Shown: piece by piece, positions 11,001-20,796 of the stretch
Layout of the letters: every line of letters begins with the position of its first letter
Numbering within the stretch: the stretch's first letter is position 1
Source: a virus
Lineage: Duplodnaviria; Caudoviricetes
Strand: one strand, 5' to 3'
Length of the DNA stretch: 36,290 nucleotides
IMG/VR virus record: IMGVR_UViG_3300017747_000923
Coordinates: 1-36,290 of that record
The notes under the pieces: generated by a model
The model's database searches: none
What the model saw: the letters and a program-made list of their open reading frames with translations, nothing else
What the model was told of the DNA's origin: nothing
Translations under genes and position numbers: made by a program

Positions 11001-14000
11001 ATCCTGGCAGAAGAGCCGGCAGAAGAAACGCCCACTGAAGAAGCTCCCCCGGCGGATGAAAACACTGAACGTGTAAGACTTGCTAACAAGTTCCTCGAGA
11101 CGTTCCAAGCTGGGCAAGGATACAAAACTATTGTCCAGGCTCGTATCGCTGCAGCTGAAGTATTGGGCCGTCCTATTGAGGCTGGTACTGCCGACGCCAA
11201 GCTTGTTGATGAAGCGGTAGAACTTGCTGGTGTTTTGTATGGGCGGGATGTGTTTAACGGCCCTGGTGGAATACTCGATAAATACAACGCTCTGCAGCAG
11301 TTCCAGCAAAATCAAATGCCGTCGCTCAATGTGCGCGATAGCACCAGCATTATCAATCAAGCGTATAGCACTCCATTGCCATTAGCGTTTGCCGCAATTG
11401 AATTGGGCATGGGAGTGAATTCAAATTATCGCAAGTCAGCTACAGTGCTTGAGCCTACTGCTGGGCAAGGCGCTTTGCTTATTGGCACTGACCCTAAAAA
11501 AGCTACGGTCAATGAAATCAATCCTGACCGTGTTGCGGCGTTGCAATCGCAAGGATTTACTGTCACGCAGGAAGATGCGGGCTCGGCGCAATTCAAGCCT
11601 AAGTCAGTTGATGTTGTGCTGGCTAACCCGCCTTATGGCACAAGCGATAAGTCATACACGATTGATGGCTACACGACTACGCATCGTGATCATGCGATCT
11701 CGTTGAATGCGCTTCAAGCTATGAAGGATGATGGTAGCGCTGTGTTGTTGATTGGCGGGCCGAATAAGCTGGATGATGATTCTCGGCAGAAATCCTATCG
11801 TGCTGCATCCAAGCGGTCATTCTTCCACAAGCTGTACAACGAATATAACGTGGTAGATCACTTTACTGTTGCGGGTGATCTATATGCCAAGCAAGGCACG
11901 ACTTATCCCGTTGATGTGATTGTGATTGATGGGCGTCGAGCCAATGCGACCAGACGCAACATGCCGGCTGCTGCGCTGCCCAGGATCATTGAAACTTGGG
12001 ATCAGCTTGAAGGAGTATTGGATGGCTCGAACATTGACATGGGCCCCTTCGGGGGAAGCGAGGCAGCTCCTGGGGGCGATACAGGGACCACCGGGACTGG
12101 CTCTGAACCACAAGGTGTACCTACTCCACCTAGCGGCGAGGGTGCAGGATCTGGCGGAGGAGGCGGACGAAGCGGAGCTAAAACAAGTGGAGAGTCTGCT
12201 GCACCAAGCGGGCCTGCTGGAGGTGCCGCTGGACCGGGAGGAAGCGGGGCTGCTCCTGGTGCAGGAGAACCCATCGATCAAGGAGATATTGAAACAACGG
12301 CAGGTGCCGGGGCTGGGACTGCCAAAGGTGCTGGAGAAGAACAACCCGGAGGCGGCGCAGGTGTACCAGGAGGCGGGACTGCTCCAGTGGGTGGAGCCGC
12401 TGTTGCGGGGGCGCCTCGAGCACGACTGACGGAAGAGCAAACGCAGAAGCTTCAGGTTCCGTATAACAATTTTTCATCCAATAAATCTGTTAAGACATTA
12501 GTTGCGACTAATCATTTAACGCCTATTCAAGAAGCGTTTGCCAATTTGCAGGAAAAGGTTGGCAACATTGATACGTTTGTTCAAACCAAACTGCAATACA
12601 AACCGGAAGAGTTTGCCAAAGCGTTTTCAGCTGAACAGGTCGAAGCCTTAGCGTTGGCGATTTATAACATTGAAGCCAACCGCGGGTTCATCATTGGTGA
12701 TCAGACTGGTATTGGTAAAGGCCGTGTGGTTGCCGGCATGATCCGTTATGCCATGTTGCACAACAAGATCCCGGTGTTTGTCACCCAGATGCCGGATCTG
12801 TATGGCGACATCATGCGGGATTTGAATGACATTGGGATGCCTAATGTCCGCCCGTTGATGACTGACAACAAAGCGTCGGTCCCTTTGGATGCTGAAGCTT
12901 TGCAGTGGTATGGAGAAAAGCAGGAAATCGAAGCTGACATTCTGGAATTGCGCAACAACGCTGATGACTTTGCTGTGGTGGAGTTGGGCGACAAGTTTGC
13001 TGGATTGGAAGGAGATCCCAGAGAGAAAGCTCTTAATGACTTTTTGAGGACTTCTACTAACTCAAATGTCGTAGCGTTGCGCGAACAGATTGCCGAGTTG
13101 AAAGCATCAATCCCTGAGCGTCGTGGCAAGTTTCTGGATACGCCAGACAACAAGCGGCATGAAGCGGCATTAGCTCAGATGATGCAGAACAACTCTTTGG
13201 GTAACTATGACGCCATCTTTACGACTTACAGGCAGATGGACCCCAAGAGTTCCGGTAAAACCAAACGTGACAAGCAACATTTCAAGGTTACTACGCCACC
13301 AGAGTTGTATTTCCGCCATCAGTTTTTAGATCAGTTTATCAATGAGAACACCATGCTAATCATGGATGAGTCTCACAACATTGGTAAAAAATCGCCGCCG
13401 CAACAAAGCACTGGCCGCGGCAACATTGTCCGAGGTTACATTAACAAAGCTGGTGGAGTTTTCTACTCGTCTGCCACTTTTGCCAAAAATGTTGACGTGC
13501 TGGATGCGTACAACAAGACCGACATTGGTATGGCATTCCCTGGTGATCCGCAACGGCTGATTGATTCGTTGTCTTCTATCCCGATGCAACAAGCTGTGTC
13601 GGCTATGTTGGTTGAGGCAACGCAGTATCTCAGACGTGAAAGATCGTATGAAGGTATTTCATATACGAATGAAACCGTCGAAGTAGATCAAGCCGCGGCA
13701 GAAGATCTGTCAACTGCCATGCGTTTGATTGTACAGTTTGACCAAGTTAAGGCTCAGTCGGTTCGCTTTCTACAAGCAGACTTGGACCTGCAAGGTGAAG
13801 TAATGGAGGACGGCTCTATTGCTGTCCCTGAAGTTGAATCCATCAACTTTACTAGCGTTATGCATAACGTACTTGGTACGTTCTTGCTATCGTTGAAGGC
13901 GCGGGAAACTGGCGATCTGGCAATTGCAGCGATAAGGCGTGGTGAGAAACCGGTGATCACGGTTTCAAACACCATGGAAAGCTTTATCATGGAGTATGCA

Positions 14001-17000
14001 GAAGCCAACAACACCAAGATTGGTAATGTGCTTGATGCATCGTTTGCTGATGTGTTGATGCGTTACTTGGAAAAAGTTCGCACCGTTAAGATTGAGTACC
14101 CGAATGGTCAGAAGCTTCCGCATTATTTAACTGATGAAGAGCTGGGGCCTGAAGCACTGAATGCTTATGAAGAAGTGTGGGATTTTATTCGCGCCATGGG
14201 ACGGGACTTGGAGATTCCCATCTCCCCGATTGATGCAATCAAAGAACGTATTGAAGAAGCGGGCTATTCAATAGGTGAGATCACGGGCCGGCAAGCTGTT
14301 GTGTCTACGCAAAACGGCGTGTCGCGTCTTGAGCCGCGCAAAAAATCAGAGCTTAAAACTGCTGGCAAAAAGAATACGATTGCCAAGTTCAACGATGGGG
14401 CTATTGATGCGTTGATCATCAATCGGTCGGGATCAACTGGTTTGTCTATGCATTCGTCTGTGACGTTTGCGGATCAGCGCCGACGCATGATGATCATTGC
14501 CCAGGCTGAAGCAGATATCAACAACCACGTCCAGATGCTAGGTAGGATTAACCGTACTGGTCAAGTCACAGAAGATGGTAAAGCGCCTGATGGAATGCCT
14601 GCCGTCTTTGGTTTGCCGTACTACATCCAGCTTTCAGCGGATGTGCCTATTGAGTTGCGTCCTGCTGCTGTGCTTGCCAACAAAATGGCGGCACTAAGTG
14701 CTAATACTACGGCAGGTAGAAAGACCGCAGCACAGGACGTGAAGACTCCTGACTTTATGAACAAGTACGGGGATCGCGTGGCTGCTGAGTTGGTTGGCAA
14801 CAATGATGAACTTAATGAATTGTTGGGCCGTCCTATCCGAGTTGATGAAGATGGCGATATCAACCCCGTCAATGCCATGGCAAAGGTTACTGGCCGTATT
14901 GGCTTGTTGCCGCTAAAACAACAGAATGAATTGTATGGTCAGCTTGTGGCTGGTTACAACGAACTGTTGAACTTGATGGAGTCGTTAGGCCAAAACGACC
15001 TGGAAGCTAAAGCCAAGCAACTTGATGCCAAGTTGTTAGAGACGGTCGAGTTGCAGCCTGCTGATCAAGGCTCGTCTAGTCCGTTTGCTGCTGCAGTTGT
15101 GTTGCATAAGGTTGATGCCAAGCGATTGACCAAGCCTTTGACCCGTGCCCAAGTGCGAGACTTGATCGACAAAGCTTTGAATGGCAGGACCAAGACGCAG
15201 CGGTTGGAAGAGCAACGCACTGAATTTTTTGTCGGCACTACTCAACAAATTGAAGATTTGACCAAAGCGTTTAATGAGCTAGAAGAAGTAACAGATGCTA
15301 AACGTGCAGCATTTAACAGTCAGATACAAGCTATTCGCGAAGCTCAAAGCATCTTTAAGAATCGGTTGCCGCCAATTGGCGAAACGGTTTCTTTGAATAA
15401 CAACGGCGCCATTTTGTATGGTGTTGTCGTTGATGTTCAGAAAAAGAATCGCGTCAAGAATGCTTCATCGTTAAGTGATTGGGAAGTGAAGTTTGCCGTG
15501 TTGGGCGGGGCAACTAACATTCTTCCGTTGCGCCTTAGCCAAATTGCAAACAATGCTGAAAATCCAGCACTGCAAGAAGACAAAATAGTTTGGAGTTTTG
15601 AACAAACTACTCCGGCCATTACGGAAGATGGGTCGGGTATTGAACAGATCCCGATCGTTGATGCATTTGATCGAGCGCAAAACCGTGCTCGAGAAACGCG
15701 CTACATCATTACCGGCAACTTGCTACGCGGCAAACAAGCTGCAGGCGGTGGCAATCTGGTCAGCTATACGGACGATCAAGGCAATCTGCTGCAAGGCTTC
15801 TTGATGCCTGTTGGGTTTGATGCTGCCAAGCTGATTGCACAGCAAGCCGGCGCTATTATGTCCCCGCAAGCTGCCATGGAGTTGGCCGATCTAGATGGTG
15901 AGGTAGTGGACAAACTCACCATGGGGAATGTGATTAAATTCAAGAAATATGGGTCACAGTATCAGCTTGAGTTTACACAAAGCGGAGTAGGCAGAAGTAT
16001 TGTTAAAGACTTCAAGTCAACATACTTTGCCAGTGTCGGACAAAAGATGCGTGGTGTTCTTAGCCCAGAAACGGCTACAGAAATCTTAACCAAGATTCTT
16101 AGTGGCAATGGGTACGGAATTAATCTGGTCGCCAATATCAATGATGCACACACTAAACGTCTGATTGATGCCCGCGGTAAACCAGCTACCGTGCGGACAT
16201 TGTCGGTGGTTCCGATTGAGCCTGTCACTCAACGAGTCAGGCCGCAGACTAAGCGACGCATCAAGTTCCTGAATCAGCAGCATGATGATGGAGTTATTGG
16301 TGACACTGCCTTCATTGAAGGGGTCAAGACCGCGCTAGACAGGGATGCAACAGCCCAGGAAGAGAAGGAACCTAAAGAGCGGGTCCGCGGGGCTGATTAC
16401 ATCCGTGAGCGTTTACTTCGGGCACGGCGTCAAGGTTTGCTATCAGATGATGGCGTTGAACTGGCGTTGTGGTTCATTGGTCAGAATCCGTCCCTGGTAG
16501 ACCGGCTGGGTATCAGCATTCGGGAAAGCAAGGAAGAGGGTGTTGCTGGCGAATACAACAGCATCTCCGAGATCATGCGCTTGGTTCCGCAAGCAGCCAA
16601 TGATTTCACTGTAGTCCACGAGATATTGCATCACCTGGAACGGATGATGCCGCCGGATATTCAAAAGGCTATCCGTAATGAATGGGTGATGCAGTTCACT
16701 GCGGCTAAACGTCGGGCTGCTACGTCTAATCAAGAAAAGTTCTTTGATCTTTTAAGTCAGTACCACTTTGGCGATCCCATGTTGGCTGGGGAACATATGC
16801 TGAAGATGGCTAAGGAGATGATCCAGAACGGTGATGTGCCGCTAGAGTTCTATCAATACTTCAATCCCTCTGAGTTCTGGGCCGTTAACGGTTCGAGGAT
16901 TGTGGGCAACCGGTTTGTCAACGGTGAGTCGTTGATTGCCAGGATGAAGCAGTGGCTTAAAGAGTTTATGCAGAAGATCAAGTCGCTGTTTAACTTGCCT

Positions 17001-19922
17001 TCTGATGCGTCGCTCATCCGAGCCCTGGACAGTCTGGCAAAAGGTGATGGGCAATTCAACACGCCGCTGATGCTTTTCCAGGGGTCTTTTGCCCAAAGCG
17101 TTGTGCCGACTCGTGAAGCGGTGATCGATGCGGCTCAGAAGTTCCTGCAGAAACGTAAGCCATTGAACCCTGCAGACTTTGATGGCGTCACTGATGAGTT
17201 TATGCAGAAGGCGCAGCCAATCTATGCGCCGCAACGTGCCACGGTCATCGACAAAGTGGCGCAGATGAAGGATGGGTTCTGGCGGCGACTGGCGCAGGGT
17301 ATTGCGGATCAGTACCGGACTATCAAGGACTACAGCGAACATGCCTACATGCTGGCTCGGATGTCCCGTACTGTAGACGGGGCGCTCGAGGGACTGCTGT
17401 TCCATGGTCAAGTGTTCTTGAATGACGGGGCTTTGGACATCCGTGAAAACAGCAAGGGTCTGTTTGAAGTTCTGCAGCCGGTTGGTGCCGAGGTGGATCG
17501 GTTCCTGATGTGGATGGCACTGAATCGTGAAGCGCAATTGCTGAGGACCGGGCGGCAATCCAAGATGGATGACATGCCGTTCCTAATCAAAAACCGCGAT
17601 GAGTTGGTTGCCGGGGACTTGGACGGTGAGCCCAGGTTGGCGTTGTATACCAAGGTGCGCAATGAGCTGAACAAGCTCAACCGGTCAGTCCTGCAGGTAG
17701 CTCTGGCCCAAGGGCTCATCACCTCGACGGAACGGGAGATTGCCAATACCTGGAGTCGTACTGATCTGTCAGATGAGCAGAAAGCTGCTCGAGTCCTGGA
17801 CCTGGAGCAGAACCCGATTGGCTATGAGCGGTTTGCCAATGACATCTGGTACGTCCCGTTCTATCGCGAGATGGAAGACGGCATGTTGTCTGCAGCCATG
17901 GATTCTTCCGGCCTGCCTAACCAGTACTTCTCGCACAAGATTGAAGGTGGCGACAGTCCGTTTGGCGATTTGTTGGAGAACATCGTCAAGAACTGGAATC
18001 ACATTCTGTCGGCGTCGATGAAGGATCGCGCAGCGTTTGAAGTAGTTAAAGCCGGCATGGATAAGAACGCTGTGATACCTAGCCTGAAGCCTCAGTACGT
18101 TATGCGGAACAACAAGATCTATCTGCGTTCCAATGATGAGCTAGTTGGAGATGGGTCGTTGAAAGGCTGGATGACTACTCGCCGTGATGGTGATGTCGCA
18201 TCTGTCAAGATAATGATTGAGGGCATCCCGGCTTACGTCCAGGTGGTAGATCCCATGTTGTTTGAGGCCATCTCATCGATTGGCTACATGGGGCCCAAGT
18301 CCAAGTTTGTTAGCGCCATGCGGGACTTTAAGAACCTGCTGCAGTACGGCGTGACGATTGGCCCGCCTTTCAAAGTACGCAACTTGTTTCGCGATTCGAT
18401 CCATGCGACTGCCATCTCCGGTGGCGGCTTAAGTTTTAACCCATGGACTAACGTGATCCAGGGTTGGAAAGCTTCTGATAAGTCCAACCCGCGGTTTATC
18501 TCTGCTCTCGCCGGCGGCGCAGTCTTTAACTTTGGCTCGATGTATGAAGGCGATCAGGCCAAGCTGGTCAAGCGTCTGGTGAAACAAGGTGTACCGGAAG
18601 ACAGCATTCTGAACACCACAGATCGGGTAAAGAATGGCCTGATGACGGCGTGGCAGAAGTACCAGGATTGGGGCAACAAGTCGGAAGCCGCCAACCGGAT
18701 GGCGTTGTATAACCAGCTGCGCGATAAAGGTTACAACCATCTTGAAGCGTCGTTTATGGCGCGTGACCTGCTGGATTTCTCCATGCAAGGGTCATGGGGT
18801 GCCATGCGGTTCCTGACGCAGACCGTCCCGTTCCTGAATGCTCGTGTCCAGGGTCTGTATAAGCTTGGTCGTGATGGCATCAGCCCAACTGTTCGGGTGT
18901 TCTATAACACGATGACAGGCCAGCCGAGTGAACAATCGGACAAAGAAAAGGCTACGTCATTTACCACGGTTACGTCTGCGGTTGTTCTCGCCTCCTTGGC
19001 TCTGTACTTTGCCTTCAAGGATGACGAGAAGTTCAAGAAACGTGATGCCTGGGACCGTGACAACTTCTGGTGGTTCAAGCTTCCTGGCATGGAGTACGCG
19101 CTGAGGATTCCCAAGCCGTTTGAGATCGGAGCGTTTGGTACCCTGGCCGAGCGTGTTGCTGAACAGATCTTTGATCAGGGCGCAGAAGGTAAACAGTTTG
19201 AGGATACCCTGCGTCGGATGCTATCTGATACGTTTGCCTTGAACCCCACGCCTCAGATGTTCAAGCCGCTGGTTGATCTGTACTCCAATAAGGATAGCTT
19301 TACTGGTGCCCCGGTTGAGTCGGCCGGCATGGAGCGGTTGTCTAAGGAAGAGCGCAAGACGGACAACACCAGTCCTCTGGCTATCGCGGTGAGCGGGATT
19401 GCCAATCTGTTCCTGCCGACCAAAGCGGAGATGTCACCGGTGCAAGCAGAGTACGCGATCAAAGCTTACTTTGGCTGGCTGGGCGGGACGATCGCCTGGG
19501 CATCTAAACATGCCATGTCTCCCTTCCAGGAAGGTGCCTACCCGTCGGAGAAGTGGATGGACATTGCCAGCGTCGGGTTCATCAAGTCGCTGCCGTCTAC
19601 TCAGTCCGAGTACGTCACGTCCTTCTACGAGAACGCAAAGGGTATCAGCGAAGCGTATGCGGATATGCGTCACTACGCGGCGATCGGCGATAGCAGCAAG
19701 GTGCAGGCTATCCTGGAAGACAAGGGTGACAAGGTTGCGCTGGCTAAGATGTACGATCAAACGTCTAAGCAGATGGCAAAGGTTCGCCAATACATCCGGG
19801 TTGTGACTGAGGATACGTCGATGAGCGCAGAAGACAAGCGCGAGAACATCGACCGCTCCAAGCTGCTGATCATCGAGCTGGCGCGGCAGGCAGAAGAAGT
19901 CCGCAAGTCTATGAAGAAGTAA
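8022..19922 (+). CDS. Giant polyvalent DarB-like virion protein (3966 aa): N6-adenine DNA methyltransferase, Strawberry-notch SF2 helicase, HExxH metallopeptidase, LPD38-like C-terminus
   Basis: MTase motif I VLEPTAGQG (~11445-11471) and motif IV NPPY (11625-11636). Helicase motifs GDQTGIGKGR (~12696), MDESHN, SSATF, SGSTGLSMH, QMLGRINRTGQ. VHEILHH (~16614-16634) plus SEFWA. PKPFEIG (~19110) in the C-terminal region. Confidence 0.85.
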   Translation: MPIFKVQGPDGYTYSVEAPEGTSPALLQQAIQEQGSAAKQQARNRSYTEALVTDPAASIVKGLGSLAQFPAQLYGLATGDMDTALNRAGAAVKKYGEEMQSPGLQMREAQRAAAVQEAEKRGQLSAFGTAFGETVKDPALISSFLLEQVPQLLVPFGGAKVAQGASLARSAMAGVPVAAGAQAAQTAAYRTALGLGALQQGADVGAESYEELYKELIKQQIDPATAKQMALDRARAVGASASTISLLAQKLPGAKTIEEAMANVPLRKTVSQTIQTPGGTSTATKFGETRLGSGIKGLLGESASEVAEEVGGKFASNVAMQNINPEASLASGLGATAAMAAIGGGTMGGVLGLLRKPEAEAPPAAAQSGNISTPAPGQQGQLPAGQPPAGQLPPGQPPAAPPPVDAIQKFVDSQTEEQQKQMLAALEAKAKGTPDTQVVDSDGKLITIPGTPPELLQPVERIVYQLLRDKFAAPAAPTAPTTTPPTGAAPTAPTGAAPTPPGEAPPTEPTGEAPVPTGAAPTPPTEPPAEPPTTPPVDTTTPPTQFPVPPTPEPPPSNYLATQPLAENTEARMWQAKSGMYGVGLWDNDGKEFVGGITFWPNQQNARTKFDELVSKSLPAAPTGEAPAVQPTPSRYEVKQQYKDQNGVDVPAGWQLLEDGNWAQTFATKKEADNVKRALDEKDNLEAQIAKLRQSQDPGVGNQIESLFARKQRLEDWLSAPPFNTYPSESALSGGKEYRPKVSSAPAPTAPSQPPVTPPTGAAPTQPSTTPAQPLTPNTISSRQQRAIEEFLNNLRNDGGSRLWGALRSNHPLILNNRVAQLRKVTDALASGIDKSGNIVKLTPDLKIVSSPPNVKTPAGKPTAPTATKPPVTPPAGEAPAGKPAVEPGPNKIFTDDAAAKARELLRRKLGGTLYSGGLDPEIIQAGITLAGYHIEKGARTFAAYVRAMFADLGDIAKPYLKSWYMGVKFDPRAADLEGLDSSAAVEAADVDAILAEEPAEETPTEEAPPADENTERVRLANKFLETFQAGQGYKTIVQARIAAAEVLGRPIEAGTADAKLVDEAVELAGVLYGRDVFNGPGGILDKYNALQQFQQNQMPSLNVRDSTSIINQAYSTPLPLAFAAIELGMGVNSNYRKSATVLEPTAGQGALLIGTDPKKATVNEINPDRVAALQSQGFTVTQEDAGSAQFKPKSVDVVLANPPYGTSDKSYTIDGYTTTHRDHAISLNALQAMKDDGSAVLLIGGPNKLDDDSRQKSYRAASKRSFFHKLYNEYNVVDHFTVAGDLYAKQGTTYPVDVIVIDGRRANATRRNMPAAALPRIIETWDQLEGVLDGSNIDMGPFGGSEAAPGGDTGTTGTGSEPQGVPTPPSGEGAGSGGGGGRSGAKTSGESAAPSGPAGGAAGPGGSGAAPGAGEPIDQGDIETTAGAGAGTAKGAGEEQPGGGAGVPGGGTAPVGGAAVAGAPRARLTEEQTQKLQVPYNNFSSNKSVKTLVATNHLTPIQEAFANLQEKVGNIDTFVQTKLQYKPEEFAKAFSAEQVEALALAIYNIEANRGFIIGDQTGIGKGRVVAGMIRYAMLHNKIPVFVTQMPDLYGDIMRDLNDIGMPNVRPLMTDNKASVPLDAEALQWYGEKQEIEADILELRNNADDFAVVELGDKFAGLEGDPREKALNDFLRTSTNSNVVALREQIAELKASIPERRGKFLDTPDNKRHEAALAQMMQNNSLGNYDAIFTTYRQMDPKSSGKTKRDKQHFKVTTPPELYFRHQFLDQFINENTMLIMDESHNIGKKSPPQQSTGRGNIVRGYINKAGGVFYSSATFAKNVDVLDAYNKTDIGMAFPGDPQRLIDSLSSIPMQQAVSAMLVEATQYLRRERSYEGISYTNETVEVDQAAAEDLSTAMRLIVQFDQVKAQSVRFLQADLDLQGEVMEDGSIAVPEVESINFTSVMHNVLGTFLLSLKARETGDLAIAAIRRGEKPVITVSNTMESFIMEYAEANNTKIGNVLDASFADVLMRYLEKVRTVKIEYPNGQKLPHYLTDEELGPEALNAYEEVWDFIRAMGRDLEIPISPIDAIKERIEEAGYSIGEITGRQAVVSTQNGVSRLEPRKKSELKTAGKKNTIAKFNDGAIDALIINRSGSTGLSMHSSVTFADQRRRMMIIAQAEADINNHVQMLGRINRTGQVTEDGKAPDGMPAVFGLPYYIQLSADVPIELRPAAVLANKMAALSANTTAGRKTAAQDVKTPDFMNKYGDRVAAELVGNNDELNELLGRPIRVDEDGDINPVNAMAKVTGRIGLLPLKQQNELYGQLVAGYNELLNLMESLGQNDLEAKAKQLDAKLLETVELQPADQGSSSPFAAAVVLHKVDAKRLTKPLTRAQVRDLIDKALNGRTKTQRLEEQRTEFFVGTTQQIEDLTKAFNELEEVTDAKRAAFNSQIQAIREAQSIFKNRLPPIGETVSLNNNGAILYGVVVDVQKKNRVKNASSLSDWEVKFAVLGGATNILPLRLSQIANNAENPALQEDKIVWSFEQTTPAITEDGSGIEQIPIVDAFDRAQNRARETRYIITGNLLRGKQAAGGGNLVSYTDDQGNLLQGFLMPVGFDAAKLIAQQAGAIMSPQAAMELADLDGEVVDKLTMGNVIKFKKYGSQYQLEFTQSGVGRSIVKDFKSTYFASVGQKMRGVLSPETATEILTKILSGNGYGINLVANINDAHTKRLIDARGKPATVRTLSVVPIEPVTQRVRPQTKRRIKFLNQQHDDGVIGDTAFIEGVKTALDRDATAQEEKEPKERVRGADYIRERLLRARRQGLLSDDGVELALWFIGQNPSLVDRLGISIRESKEEGVAGEYNSISEIMRLVPQAANDFTVVHEILHHLERMMPPDIQKAIRNEWVMQFTAAKRRAATSNQEKFFDLLSQYHFGDPMLAGEHMLKMAKEMIQNGDVPLEFYQYFNPSEFWAVNGSRIVGNRFVNGESLIARMKQWLKEFMQKIKSLFNLPSDASLIRALDSLAKGDGQFNTPLMLFQGSFAQSVVPTREAVIDAAQKFLQKRKPLNPADFDGVTDEFMQKAQPIYAPQRATVIDKVAQMKDGFWRRLAQGIADQYRTIKDYSEHAYMLARMSRTVDGALEGLLFHGQVFLNDGALDIRENSKGLFEVLQPVGAEVDRFLMWMALNREAQLLRTGRQSKMDDMPFLIKNRDELVAGDLDGEPRLALYTKVRNELNKLNRSVLQVALAQGLITSTEREIANTWSRTDLSDEQKAARVLDLEQNPIGYERFANDIWYVPFYREMEDGMLSAAMDSSGLPNQYFSHKIEGGDSPFGDLLENIVKNWNHILSASMKDRAAFEVVKAGMDKNAVIPSLKPQYVMRNNKIYLRSNDELVGDGSLKGWMTTRRDGDVASVKIMIEGIPAYVQVVDPMLFEAISSIGYMGPKSKFVSAMRDFKNLLQYGVTIGPPFKVRNLFRDSIHATAISGGGLSFNPWTNVIQGWKASDKSNPRFISALAGGAVFNFGSMYEGDQAKLVKRLVKQGVPEDSILNTTDRVKNGLMTAWQKYQDWGNKSEAANRMALYNQLRDKGYNHLEASFMARDLLDFSMQGSWGAMRFLTQTVPFLNARVQGLYKLGRDGISPTVRVFYNTMTGQPSEQSDKEKATSFTTVTSAVVLASLALYFAFKDDEKFKKRDAWDRDNFWWFKLPGMEYALRIPKPFEIGAFGTLAERVAEQIFDQGAEGKQFEDTLRRMLSDTFALNPTPQMFKPLVDLYSNKDSFTGAPVESAGMERLSKEERKTDNTSPLAIAVSGIANLFLPTKAEMSPVQAEYAIKAYFGWLGGTIAWASKHAMSPFQEGAYPSEKWMDIASVGFIKSLPSTQSEYVTSFYENAKGISEAYADMRHYAAIGDSSKVQAILEDKGDKVALAKMYDQTSKQMAKVRQYIRVVTEDTSMSAEDKRENIDRSKLLIIELARQAEEVRKSMKK
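9123..9140. repeat. Perfect 18-bp palindrome AGTGGAAATATTTCCACT, copy 1 (intragenic)
   Basis: Self-complementary; 22-bp identity AAAGTGGAAATATTTCCACTCC (9121-9142) with 29426-29447. Confidence 0.95.
9440..10670 (+). repeat. Pro/Thr-rich PTG(A/E)AP linker repeats within the giant protein
   Basis: Repeated PTGAAP/PTGEAP peptides; CCTACTGGAGAAGC occurs at both 9546-9559 and 9885-9898. Confidence 0.8.
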
Positions 19923-20183
19923 TCAACTGTTCTGGAGGCGTTCGATAGTGACATCGAGCGCATCCAGTTCATCCATCTTCGTGATTGCCCACATACGTTT
20001 CTGACCGTGCCATCCCATGACTGGGCCTTGGTGACAGTCTTTGCATAACGCTACCACGGTGTACTGCCGGTGCTGTTTGATGTGGTGGGCATCGCTCGGC
20101 CCAGGCGCGTCACACACCGAGCAGGGCAGTTCTTTGACCCGCTGGATGTGTGCGCGTTGCTTGGATGTGAATTTGTTATTCAT
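19923..20183 (-). CDS. Ref/DUF968-like HNH zinc-binding nuclease
   Basis: LPCSVC...AHHI...VALCKDCH...GWHG pattern of the Ref (recombination enhancement function)/DUF968 family. Confidence 0.7.
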   Translation of the reverse strand: MNNKFTSKQRAHIQRVKELPCSVCDAPGPSDAHHIKQHRQYTVVALCKDCHQGPVMGWHGQKRMWAITKMDELDALDVTIERLQNS

Positions 20184-20473
20184 CAGTAGCTAGAGTTGAA
20201 CTCTTGCAGCTTCGCTATGTAATGACGGCACTTGTCGGCATCGGGCGAATCTTTCCTACCCTGGCGCATCCCGTACTTGATGATACATCCCTTCAGGTAG
20301 CCCATGAACTCTTCTTCTGTTAGCACATGCTGCATAACAGTCCAGGGTTCTACGCCCATGGCTTTGTAGTGTGTGCCGCCTTCCTGGTAGTCGTCTGCCT
20401 TCTGATCTGTTTCCATAATGTTGTTGATCTCCATTCGATCATTGATGATGTCAGCGAGTGTTTTAACGGCCAT
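20183..20473 (-). CDS. DUF3310 (SaV-like / T7 gp1.7-like) protein
   Basis: QEGGTHYK..VEPW...GYLKGCIIKY..R.GRK motif. Confidence 0.8.
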   Translation of the reverse strand: MAVKTLADIINDRMEINNIMETDQKADDYQEGGTHYKAMGVEPWTVMQHVLTEEEFMGYLKGCIIKYGMRQGRKDSPDADKCRHYIAKLQEFNSSY

Positions 20474-20487
20474 TTTTCACCTTTGGG

Positions 20488-20796
20488 TTAGTCGTCGTAG
20501 CCTCGGATGTTGGGGTAGCTTGTTGGCGCCTTAAACGGCGTTCCGCAAGAAACTGGAGCGCGTTGAGGTTGTAATTTGGCAATAGGCTTGTGGGCCACGT
20601 CCATTCTGTAGTTCCAATTCCAGACGTACTTGCCTCTGCTTGTTGTGTCTTTTTGGACTTTCGCGGCATCTTCCAACTCCTTCATGCATCGGTTGATGGT
20701 GCTGGTGGCAACCATGAAATATGCGGCTAGTGTAGCGGTGTCTACACTACGTTTGCGATCCCGCATGAACTTCTCGAGCTTTTCTTTTACTGTCAT
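20488..20796 (-). CDS. Winged-HTH DNA-binding protein
   Basis: VDTATLAAYFMVATSTINRCMKELE..KV HTH-wing pattern; ATG at 20796. Confidence 0.6.
   Translation of the reverse strand: MTVKEKLEKFMRDRKRSVDTATLAAYFMVATSTINRCMKELEDAAKVQKDTTSRGKYVWNWNYRMDVAHKPIAKLQPQRAPVSCGTPFKAPTSYPNIRGYDD

Noticed and set aside
8238-19972. Numerous antisense and alternate-frame ORFs over the giant gene, and similar ones elsewhere (e.g. 26968-27783, 27728-28333, 28966-29754, 35036-35749)
   Set aside because: Shadow ORFs overlapping well-supported genes, with no RBS or recognisable motifs.
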